Positions 56,412-64,000 of a stretch of 64,000 bases of DNA are shown one piece after another (within the stretch, counting starts at the first letter, position 1; the number at the start of each line of letters is the position of its first letter). The translations under genes and the position numbers were made by a program. The notes beneath the pieces are model-generated. The model was not told the DNA's origin and ran no database searches. It worked only from the letters and a program-made list of their open reading frames with translations. Source of the DNA: Chloroflexota bacterium. Its GTDB lineage: Bacteria > Chloroflexota > Dehalococcoidia > CAUJGQ01. The stretch spans positions 2,349-66,348 of the forward strand of contig DAINSK010000013.1 of the NCBI GenBank assembly GCA_036741355.1, in the 5' to 3' direction.

Positions 56412-58022
56412 ATGACGCTGAGAAACGAGGCGCCCGACGACGCGCGGTACGACGCGATCGTCATCGGCTCGGGCGCCGGTGGACTTACCTGCGCGACGCG
56501 TTTGGCGCAATCCGGCCTGCGGGTGCTCCTCGCCGAGAAGAACTCCTGGCTCGGCGGTTACTCCCACGGCTTCGCCAAGGATGGGTTCTACTGGGATCAC
56601 GGCGGACACATCTTTCTGGCCTACGCGCTCGGCGGCCAGGCCCGCGAAGTCTTTCAGCGGCTCAAGCTGGACCAGCGGCTCGAGATGGTGCCGGACCAAC
56701 ACGACTACCAATGCATCTTTCCGGATGAGTCGTTGGCGCTCCCTGCGGAGATGAGCACCGCCGCGGACATCATGGCGCGGCGGTTTCCGGCAGAGCGCGA
56801 TGGGATCACCAAAGTACTGCTGACCATGGAGCGCCTGATCCAGGAAGTGGATCGCGTCGTGCCGTCGTTCCGGGTGGGGGTAAAGCCCGGCGAGCGCAAA
56901 CTCCTGGACCCGGTACTGGAGCAGTTTCAGCGCCCGTTGCTGGGCAAACTGACGTGGCCGATCGCCCGGGCCGCGCGGATTCCCGGCGCCACGCTGCTCA
57001 AGTATCAAACTCGCACCCTGAAGGATCTGCTGGACGAGCATCTCCATGACCCGCGCCTCAAGGGCTACTTCTCGATGCTGTCGGCGGGCATCAGCACCGG
57101 GCCGGGGAAGCTCTCAGCCGTCATTGCCGGCGTCTTTTTCGTGCACGCGCTCCGGACGATGTGGATGCCGAAGGGCGGCTTCAGCAAACTCGCCGAGGCG
57201 CTCGCCGAACTGTTTCAAGAGTACGGCGGTACGGTGGCAACGAACGCCGAGGTGAGCCGCATTATCGTCGAGAATGGGCGCGCAGCCGGCGTCGAGACCA
57301 TGGACGGCCGGCGCTTCCTCGCCGACGCTGTGGTCTCGAACGCCGACGCCCGGCGGACCTTGCTGGAGATGATTGATCCGCGACTGGTACCCGCAGCGCT
57401 CCGGAAACGGCTGCCGCACATGGAAGTGACCCCATCGATCTTTCAGGTGCACCTCGGCATCGACCTGGACCTGCACCCCTATCGTGAGCAGATCAAGCGG
57501 CTCAACTTCTTTTATCCTTACGACGATATCGACCGGTCCATGGCGAACTTTCCCAACGGCAACGTGGAGGACGCTGCCTTTTTCCTCTACGTTGCCACCT
57601 TCCACCAACCCGAAATGGCGCCGCCCGGCCGGCACTCGCTCAAGCTGGAGGCCTACACAGCGCTGCACTCCAGGGGCATAGACTGGGAGCGCGACAAGGA
57701 TGCGATCGCCGATGTGTTCATCCGCCGCGCGGAGCGGCTGATCCCCGACCTCGGCAAACACGTCGTGGCGCGAGAGCTGCGCACGCCGCTCGATCTCCAA
57801 CGCGACACCGGCAATTCCGACGGCGCCTTTGCCGGCTGGGCGTTCACGCCGCAGATGCTGTCCCGCGCGCGCCCCCCGCAGCGAGCTGCCCTACCGGGGC
57901 TGTATCTCGCCGGACATTGGACCACGCCGACGGCCGGTGTCCCCTGGGTCATGGTTGGCGGCTATAATACGGCTGGAATGGTACTTGCCCAAAGAACGAA
58001 GGGCGCGACAGCGGCCAAGTGA
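56412..58022 (+). CDS. CrtI/phytoene-desaturase-family FAD oxidoreductase
   Basis: IGSGAGG, EKNSWLGG, PKGG, TPLD and GLYLAGHW. Confidence 0.9.
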   Translation: MTLRNEAPDDARYDAIVIGSGAGGLTCATRLAQSGLRVLLAEKNSWLGGYSHGFAKDGFYWDHGGHIFLAYALGGQAREVFQRLKLDQRLEMVPDQHDYQCIFPDESLALPAEMSTAADIMARRFPAERDGITKVLLTMERLIQEVDRVVPSFRVGVKPGERKLLDPVLEQFQRPLLGKLTWPIARAARIPGATLLKYQTRTLKDLLDEHLHDPRLKGYFSMLSAGISTGPGKLSAVIAGVFFVHALRTMWMPKGGFSKLAEALAELFQEYGGTVATNAEVSRIIVENGRAAGVETMDGRRFLADAVVSNADARRTLLEMIDPRLVPAALRKRLPHMEVTPSIFQVHLGIDLDLHPYREQIKRLNFFYPYDDIDRSMANFPNGNVEDAAFFLYVATFHQPEMAPPGRHSLKLEAYTALHSRGIDWERDKDAIADVFIRRAERLIPDLGKHVVARELRTPLDLQRDTGNSDGAFAGWAFTPQMLSRARPPQRAALPGLYLAGHWTTPTAGVPWVMVGGYNTAGMVLAQRTKGATAAK

Positions 58023-58312
58023 GCTTGTCACTCCGCTGCCGCGAGAAATTGACGAGGGTCTACGTGGACAACGAGCAAGGGGCGGCGAAAGGCAATCCTA
58101 GCGCCCGGGTCGGAGCGGTCCATGTCACCGCTGACGAAGCGGACGGCCAGCTCGGGGCGAGTAGCACTGGTCCCCTGGAATGGCGGCGCGGGAGCTGGCC
58201 GATGATCGCGATCGCCGTGCTCGTCATCCTAGCTATGGTCGGTCTGCTTGCCTTCATGCTATGGGGCACATTTCATCAAGTGGCCACGGCCACGCTCCCG
58301 CTCCACCACTAG
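58019..58312 (+). CDS. Small single-pass membrane protein
   Basis: GTGA overlap with the crtI-like gene; TM segment MIAIAVLVILAMVGLLAFMLW. Confidence 0.55.
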   Translation: MSLSLRCREKLTRVYVDNEQGAAKGNPSARVGAVHVTADEADGQLGASSTGPLEWRRGSWPMIAIAVLVILAMVGLLAFMLWGTFHQVATATLPLHH

Positions 58313-58353
58313 GGGGCACTGCTTCTCGCACGCGGCCCAAGGAGTTGACCGCT

Positions 58354-61098
58354 ATGGGTGATCCGTTCGCTCGCTTTGGAGGACTGATCGTACGGCTACG
58401 ATGGGCCGTGCTGATCATCTGGTTGGTGCTACTCGCGACGTTCGGCGTCCTCTTCGCGCCCAAAGCCGCCAAGGCGCTTAAGGGCGGCGGCTATAGCGAC
58501 CCTAACTCCCAATCGGCCAAGGCCGCGATGGCGCTCGATCAACAGTTCGGCGCCTCTGACGCTCGCACGGTAGCCGTTGTCTTCCGCTCGACGTCCCAAA
58601 CCGCGGAAGATCCGAGCTTTAAAGCCGCGGTGACCGGCGCCGCAGATCGCCTGGCTCACGTCGGGCACGTTCGTAGCGTTGCGAGTTTCTACAGCAGCGG
58701 CAACCCGCTGCTCCTGAGCGACGACCACCATCTCACCCTTGTCAACGTTACTCTCGATGGCGACGATTCGACGATGCAGGCCACCGTTCCCGCACTGCGG
58801 GATGCTGTGAAGGGTGTACCGCTCGAGCACTATGTCACCGGCGTGCCTGCCCTCAATAAGGACATCGAGGTGACGAGCGACCAAGATTTGCAACGCGCGG
58901 AACTGTTTACCATTCCGATCGTCGTGATCCTACTCGTGCTCGTCTTCCGCACGATTGTTGCGGCCGCCATGCCACTCGTCGTCGGTGCGGCGTCGGTCGT
59001 TGTCGCGGTAACGGTTCTCTACGGCATTGCTCTCCAAACTGACTTATCTATTTTCGCGCTGAACGTCGCTTCTATGATCGGCCTCGGCCTCGGCATCGAC
59101 TTCTCCTTGATTATGGTCACGCGCTTCAGAGAGCAGTTAGCAGCGGGACTACGTCCCGCCGATGCCGCCGTTGTCACCGTGATGACAGCGGGTCGCTCGA
59201 TCACGTACTCCGGCGTCACGGTGCTCCTCGGCATGTTCGTCCTCACCGCCCTCTTCAACTTGACGGTCGTTCGCTCCATTAGCCTGGCCGTTATGGTGGT
59301 GGCAGCGACCGCACTGCTCGCTGGCCTGACCCTGCTGCCCGCGGTGCTGGCCATAATCGGCCACCGAGTCGAGTGGCTACGGGTAATACCGCGAGCGAAG
59401 CCACCTCAACCGGGCCAAGTTGGTTTCTGGTATCGATTCAGCCATGCTGTCATGCGCCACCCCGCGGTGTGGCTGGCCGCGAGTCTGATCATCCTCGTCG
59501 TGATCGCGTCGCCGGCGCGGGAGCTCAAGCTGGTGGGCATTACCCCCAAGGGCCTACCGGGCGGCGCTGAATCGGTGAAAGGTGCGAACGCGATCAACGG
59601 CGCCTTTGGCGGCGACCGGCTGGCTCCGATGGAGGTCGTCATTCGTACAGATCAAAACGGCGTGTGGAAGCCTGAGTTCCTCAGTGCGCTGCAAGCCTTG
59701 TCGGATCGCGCGGCGGCGGACCCACGCAATCAGCAGGTCATCTCGCTCACGACTATCGCGCAGGCCGCCGGGCTACCGCCTGCGCAGATTCAGTCGCTTA
59801 CGCCTGAGCGTGTGAGGGCGACCCCAGGCGGATCGCAATTTGCGCCCCTCGTGGTCAACCTCAATGGGGACAACAGCACTGCCCTGGTCACGATCTTTTC
59901 TAAGTATGATCAGCTCGATAACAGACACGAAGATTTCGTGCTCGATCTTCGGCACAAGATCATCCCCAGCATTCGTCAGCTCGGCGTCTACAATGTGCTC
60001 GTTGGCGGCAACGTCGCCAGTTCCATCGACTTTCGCAATGCGCTGTACCAGCGTTTCCCGTACCTCGTGCTTGGGGTGATGGTCGTAACCTTCATCATGC
60101 TGATGATGTTCTTTCAATCGGTGTTCTTACCACTGAAAGCAATTTTGCTGAACCTCGTCTCTATCGTTGCGACCTATGGAGTGCTTGTAGCGTTATTTCA
60201 GTATGCCTGGGGCGAAAAGGTACTCGGCTTTACACCAGTGCATAAATTGGGTGAATTTACACCGGCAATCGTTTTTGCGATCCTCTTTGGTCTCTCCACC
60301 GACTATGAAGTCTTTATGCTTTCGCGGGTCAAGGAATACTACCACAAACTCGGTAATAACGAGGAGGCGGTTGCGGCCGGCCTCGAACAGACCGCAGGGA
60401 TGATCACGGCGGCCGGTCTGATCCTGATTGGGACCTTTGGCTCTTTCGGCGTGTCGCGCACGCTGGTGATCAAAGAGATCGGCATCGGCCTGGCGATTGG
60501 CGTGCTGATCGATTCGACGATCGTGCGCGTGATTATGGTGCCTGCGACGATGCGCTTGATGGGGCACTGGAACTGGTGGATGCCGAGCTGGCTCAAACGC
60601 ATCGTCCCCGAGATTCGCGAGGCGCCACTGCCTGCCTTCGCGGCGGCCGCGCCGGCGCCGGTGCTGGGCTCGCAGCCCTCATCCGCCGGCTCGTATGCTG
60701 CCACCGCGGCCCCGACTTTAGGGACCTGGCGGGTTCCAGCCACGGGTCTGCTGCGGCCCTTCGGCAGTTCGGTGGGCACCGACGTCATCCATCTTCCGCG
60801 CTCGCGGCCGCTTCGTATCGGCAGGAGCGAGGATAACGATCTCCAGCTCTTCGATCGTCGCATCTCGCGGCACCATGCGGAGATCTCCTACCAACAGGAA
60901 ACGTTCATTCTTTCGGACCTCGGCAGCAGTAACGGGCTGTCAATCAACGATCGCCTCATAGAAGTGCCAACCGCGTTGCAGGACGGCGATCAGGTCCAGA
61001 TCGGCAATATGCGCAGCGTGCTGTTTTCCGTGGAGATTCGCGCGAGTCGACAGGGTGCGACGGCGTCGACCGATGACCATCCGCTAAGTTCGCCGTAG
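58354..61098 (+). CDS. MmpL-family RND transporter with a C-terminal FHA domain
   Basis: MmpL motifs as in the 46685 paralog; C-terminal IGRSEDND...ISRHHA...DLGSSNG is the FHA signature. Confidence 0.92.
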   Translation: MGDPFARFGGLIVRLRWAVLIIWLVLLATFGVLFAPKAAKALKGGGYSDPNSQSAKAAMALDQQFGASDARTVAVVFRSTSQTAEDPSFKAAVTGAADRLAHVGHVRSVASFYSSGNPLLLSDDHHLTLVNVTLDGDDSTMQATVPALRDAVKGVPLEHYVTGVPALNKDIEVTSDQDLQRAELFTIPIVVILLVLVFRTIVAAAMPLVVGAASVVVAVTVLYGIALQTDLSIFALNVASMIGLGLGIDFSLIMVTRFREQLAAGLRPADAAVVTVMTAGRSITYSGVTVLLGMFVLTALFNLTVVRSISLAVMVVAATALLAGLTLLPAVLAIIGHRVEWLRVIPRAKPPQPGQVGFWYRFSHAVMRHPAVWLAASLIILVVIASPARELKLVGITPKGLPGGAESVKGANAINGAFGGDRLAPMEVVIRTDQNGVWKPEFLSALQALSDRAAADPRNQQVISLTTIAQAAGLPPAQIQSLTPERVRATPGGSQFAPLVVNLNGDNSTALVTIFSKYDQLDNRHEDFVLDLRHKIIPSIRQLGVYNVLVGGNVASSIDFRNALYQRFPYLVLGVMVVTFIMLMMFFQSVFLPLKAILLNLVSIVATYGVLVALFQYAWGEKVLGFTPVHKLGEFTPAIVFAILFGLSTDYEVFMLSRVKEYYHKLGNNEEAVAAGLEQTAGMITAAGLILIGTFGSFGVSRTLVIKEIGIGLAIGVLIDSTIVRVIMVPATMRLMGHWNWWMPSWLKRIVPEIREAPLPAFAAAAPAPVLGSQPSSAGSYAATAAPTLGTWRVPATGLLRPFGSSVGTDVIHLPRSRPLRIGRSEDNDLQLFDRRISRHHAEISYQQETFILSDLGSSNGLSINDRLIEVPTALQDGDQVQIGNMRSVLFSVEIRASRQGATASTDDHPLSSP

Positions 61099-61116
61099 CG
61101 GCAATCAGGTAAGGAC

Positions 61117-62157
61117 ATGGCTGAGGTGGTCAGCAGAGGTGGTCAGCAGATGAACGAAGCCACTCCCTTGCGGGACGCCGGCCTGGCTGACGATCATTGG
61201 AAGCGCTTCTACACGCCGGCCGAGGTCGAAGAGATCGCGTCGACCGCGAGCACTACCATGCTCGTATCGGGCAATTACCCCATTCACCTGCGACTCTTCT
61301 CGCGCTCGCCGGCGCTGCCGACCGTGATCATGGCCCACCCGATGTTGCCCTACGGGCTGCTGTTGGCACGGCTGCAGCTACCCTTTTATCGAGCCGGGTT
61401 CAACGTCGTGCAATGGGATCTGCCGGGCTGGGGGCAGAGCGGTGGTCCGCGGGCCGGCTGCCCGATCGCCGACTTTATTCGCGCCTGGCACGACGTGATC
61501 AGCTTCTGTGAGCAACGCTTCAGCGGCCTGCTGTACGGCATGGGCCTGGCCGAGGACAGCGTAACCTGCTACTACGTGGGGGCAAACAACCCGAAGCTGC
61601 GGGCGATCTCGTTGCACACGCTGCACGAGTACGGCGACCCGGATGGTGTGCACTGGCAGGGGCCGCCCTGGTTAGTGCGGCTGAAGTCTGTCGGTGTGGC
61701 GCTGGGCGTCAAGCTCCGACCCACCGCTTCGGTGCCGGCAGATAAAGCGTTGCCCTGGCGCTCGATCTTCTCCGGGCCCGACGATGGTCCGTTGCTGCAG
61801 GCGTTCCGGCTCGATCCGTTGCGCGTCCGTCGCTTCGAGTTCGTGCTGGCGGCATCGATGACCCGACGCATGCCGGCACCGGTGCCGCTGGAAGCCTGCC
61901 GGACGCCGGTTCAGGTGATCGCGTCGGAACTGAGCAGCCTCTGGCCGTACGCAATGAATGTGCGCTACTTTCAACGGCTCGGCGGACCAAAGGAGTTGGT
62001 CACGCTGGCGGGCGTGGACCAGTGGGTCTACACACTGGCCTTTTTCGAGACCTATGCGGCACATGTTATTCGCTGGTTCAAGGCCAACGGTGCGGAGGTC
62101 CACGAGCCCGCCGCCGCTGTTCCTGCGGCGGCTCACCGATCGGAAGGGGACGCCTGA
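61117..62157 (+). CDS. Alpha/beta-hydrolase-fold protein lacking the canonical nucleophile
   Basis: WDLPGWGQSGGPR is present, but the elbow reads GMGLA and no C-terminal catalytic His is apparent. Confidence 0.7.
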   Translation: MAEVVSRGGQQMNEATPLRDAGLADDHWKRFYTPAEVEEIASTASTTMLVSGNYPIHLRLFSRSPALPTVIMAHPMLPYGLLLARLQLPFYRAGFNVVQWDLPGWGQSGGPRAGCPIADFIRAWHDVISFCEQRFSGLLYGMGLAEDSVTCYYVGANNPKLRAISLHTLHEYGDPDGVHWQGPPWLVRLKSVGVALGVKLRPTASVPADKALPWRSIFSGPDDGPLLQAFRLDPLRVRRFEFVLAASMTRRMPAPVPLEACRTPVQVIASELSSLWPYAMNVRYFQRLGGPKELVTLAGVDQWVYTLAFFETYAAHVIRWFKANGAEVHEPAAAVPAAAHRSEGDA

Positions 62158-63140
62158 TGCCACTCGGCGATGCCGGCCTGGCAAACAATTATTGGCAACA
62201 GTACTACACGCCGCAGGAGGTCGAGGAGGTCCTCGCCAGTACGGTCACCACCACGATTGCGTCGGGCGAGTACCCGGTGCACGTGCGCCTCTGGCAACAG
62301 CCGGGACCGGCGCCCACGGTACTGATCGGTAGTTCCATCCTCAGCTATGGCCTGCACCTGGTACGCGTGCAGGCGCCTTTCTACCGCGCCGGCTTCAATG
62401 TGATGCAGTTCGATTTCCCGGGCCTCGGCCAGAGCGGTGGGCCGCGCGGAGGCTGCACCGTGGCAGACTTCATTCGGTGCTGGAGAGATGCATTCGGTTA
62501 CGCACATATACAGTTCGGCGAGGCGCTGTACGGCATGGGCGTGGGCGAGGATGGCGTCACGCTCTACTATGCGATGGCCAACCGTCCCAATATTCGCGCC
62601 ATGTCGGTGCACAATCTCTTTGAGTACGGTGAACGCGACGCCGTTCAGGGACAGGGACCGTACTGGCTGGTACGGCTGAAGGCGGCGGGGGCAGGCCTGG
62701 CCGCCAGACTGCGCCCGTCGGCCGCCATGGCAGGCACCAAGAGCGTGCCCTGGGAGTGGATCTTTGCCGGCCCCGGCGACGACCGCATGATCCAACTGCT
62801 GGAACGCGATCCGCTGAGCCTGCAGCGGATCGAGCTGCGGATGGTCAGCTCCATCCTCCAACGTCGGCCGCTGCCGGTGGCCTTTGAGCGCTGTTCGACG
62901 CCGGTACAGGTGATCGCCTCGGACCAAAATCGTGTCTGCCCCTATGAGCTCGTGCGCCGCAACTATCAGCGGCTGGGTGGACCCAAGGAGTTTGTGACCC
63001 TGCACGGGCGGCCACAGTGGGAACTCAACCGCGAATTCAGCGAGACCTACTGCGAGCAGGTCATTCGCTGGTTCCGCGCCAACGGGGCCGAGACTGCAGC
63101 CACGGGCGCCGGAAAGGCACCCCGGACTGGCCTGGGCTGA
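62157..63140 (+). CDS. Paralogous alpha/beta-hydrolase-fold protein lacking the canonical nucleophile
   Basis: TGATG coupling; FDFPGLGQSGGPR; the elbow reads GMGVG. Confidence 0.7.
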   Translation: MPLGDAGLANNYWQQYYTPQEVEEVLASTVTTTIASGEYPVHVRLWQQPGPAPTVLIGSSILSYGLHLVRVQAPFYRAGFNVMQFDFPGLGQSGGPRGGCTVADFIRCWRDAFGYAHIQFGEALYGMGVGEDGVTLYYAMANRPNIRAMSVHNLFEYGERDAVQGQGPYWLVRLKAAGAGLAARLRPSAAMAGTKSVPWEWIFAGPGDDRMIQLLERDPLSLQRIELRMVSSILQRRPLPVAFERCSTPVQVIASDQNRVCPYELVRRNYQRLGGPKEFVTLHGRPQWELNREFSETYCEQVIRWFRANGAETAATGAGKAPRTGLG

Positions 63141-63168
63141 GAACCGGCTGCGACGCTTGAGGTGGCAC

Positions 63169-63741
63169 ATGACTGCATCCGATCGACAGCGGGGTAGCTT
63201 TCAGCCGGCAGGCAAGCAGTCCACGCAAGCGGCCGGCCTGACGATGGTTCAGGCCTATGCGCGCTTCATGATCGCCTTCATCTTTGTTGTGGGGATACTC
63301 TGTGTCATCAGGCCGCTGACCGATGCACCGGGCACCGGCCTGTTCTTCTGGCCCCAACCAGCCAGGAGTTTTGGCCTATTCTTAATCAATTGGTTTCACT
63401 TTGTATTACATATGGTGCTTTGTGTCTGGGCAGCCCTGGCGATTCGACGCACCAGCCTCTCCCGCGTCTTTGCGCGATGGGTGTGCGGGATTTGCGCTGT
63501 CCTCGTCCTGATCGGCCTGTTCACTCCCGACGGCGTCTGGCTGATTCCCGCGCATTGGCCCCAGGACGCCCGCAACGGCCAGATCGCACTGATTTCCAAC
63601 GCGTCGTGGTACGGCTACATCCCCGCCAATCTCGGCGACGACGTGATCAATGGCCTGGTGGCGCTCTCCGGGCTCGTCTTCGGCTGCCTGGCGTTTGGGC
63701 TACGGCCCTGGGGCTACTGGCGCCGGCGGGCGATCGCCTGA
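63169..63741 (+). CDS. Multi-pass membrane protein (DUF4383-like)
   Basis: Four TM segments; FGLFLINWFHFVLH and NLGDDVIN patterns. Confidence 0.6.
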   Translation: MTASDRQRGSFQPAGKQSTQAAGLTMVQAYARFMIAFIFVVGILCVIRPLTDAPGTGLFFWPQPARSFGLFLINWFHFVLHMVLCVWAALAIRRTSLSRVFARWVCGICAVLVLIGLFTPDGVWLIPAHWPQDARNGQIALISNASWYGYIPANLGDDVINGLVALSGLVFGCLAFGLRPWGYWRRRAIA

Positions 63742-63758
63742 TCTCCGGCGCGGAGATC
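63740..63758. terminator. Hairpin between convergent genes
   Basis: GATCTCCG-GCG-CGGAGATC lies between the two stop codons; no U-tract. Confidence 0.4.
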
Positions 63759-64000
63759 CTACCGATCAGCGGGTGGCGTCACCGGTGATACCGCTGACCG
63801 GTGCCGTTGCCAGCGCATACGCATGCCGCCCTTTGGGCGCAAGGCGATCAGCGGCCGGAATCCCAACGGTTGATCGGGAACCAGGTGCAGCCGTCCTCGT
63901 TGCGCCAACGTGGCGACCAGCAGTACGAGCTCGGTCAAGGCAAGGTGTTCGCCCAGGCAGCTCCGCGGGCCGCCGGAAAACGGGAAGTACGAGAACGGTG
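63759..64000 (-). CDS. Cytochrome P450, C-terminal part (runs off window edge)
   Basis: Manual translation YFPFSGGPRSCLGEHLALTE contains the heme-Cys motif. Confidence 0.92.
   Translation of the reverse strand, partial: PFSYFPFSGGPRSCLGEHLALTELVLLVATLAQRGRLHLVPDQPLGFRPLIALRPKGGMRMRWQRHRSAVSPVTPPADR

Noticed and set aside
1-64000. CRISPR array, tRNA, integrase or transposase
   Set aside because: No regularly spaced repeats, cloverleaf or recombinase motifs were seen on reading either strand.

Overview
High-GC bacterial DNA. The five luciferase-like monooxygenases (some F420-type), a Ddn-type F420 enzyme and a Ku/LigD set suggest a soil Chloroflexota or Actinomycetota host (inference). There are four blocks. 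(1) 0-19.5 kb: TA modules, a flavin/F420 oxidoreductase cluster and many decayed genes. One is a GMC oxidoreductase whose middle was replaced by a ~686-bp lower-GC, phage-like three-gene fragment. (2) 19.5-33.3 kb: Ku plus a split LigD (NHEJ), and a type I RM locus (hsdR-hsdS...hsdM) interrupted by ~3 kb of cargo. The cargo includes a MerB-like gene with an in-frame TGA at the catalytic-Cys position followed by a SECIS-like hairpin (probable selenoprotein). (3) 33.3-41 kb: mixed housekeeping and secreted proteins. (4) 41.3-64 kb: an unexplained lipid/terpenoid-type tailoring and export cluster that runs off the right edge. It holds a cNMP-patatin, ScyD/E-cupredoxin, FeeM/LuxI-like acyltransferase-cNMP fusion, two MmpL (one fused to FHA), SRPBCC, two P450s, SDR, acyltransferase, three tail-anchored SnoaL proteins, an ICMT-like and a CrtI-like enzyme, and two alpha/beta-fold proteins lacking the catalytic Ser/His. 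I saw no rRNA, tRNA, CRISPR array, transposase or integrase. All family calls come from manual motif recognition, not database searches.
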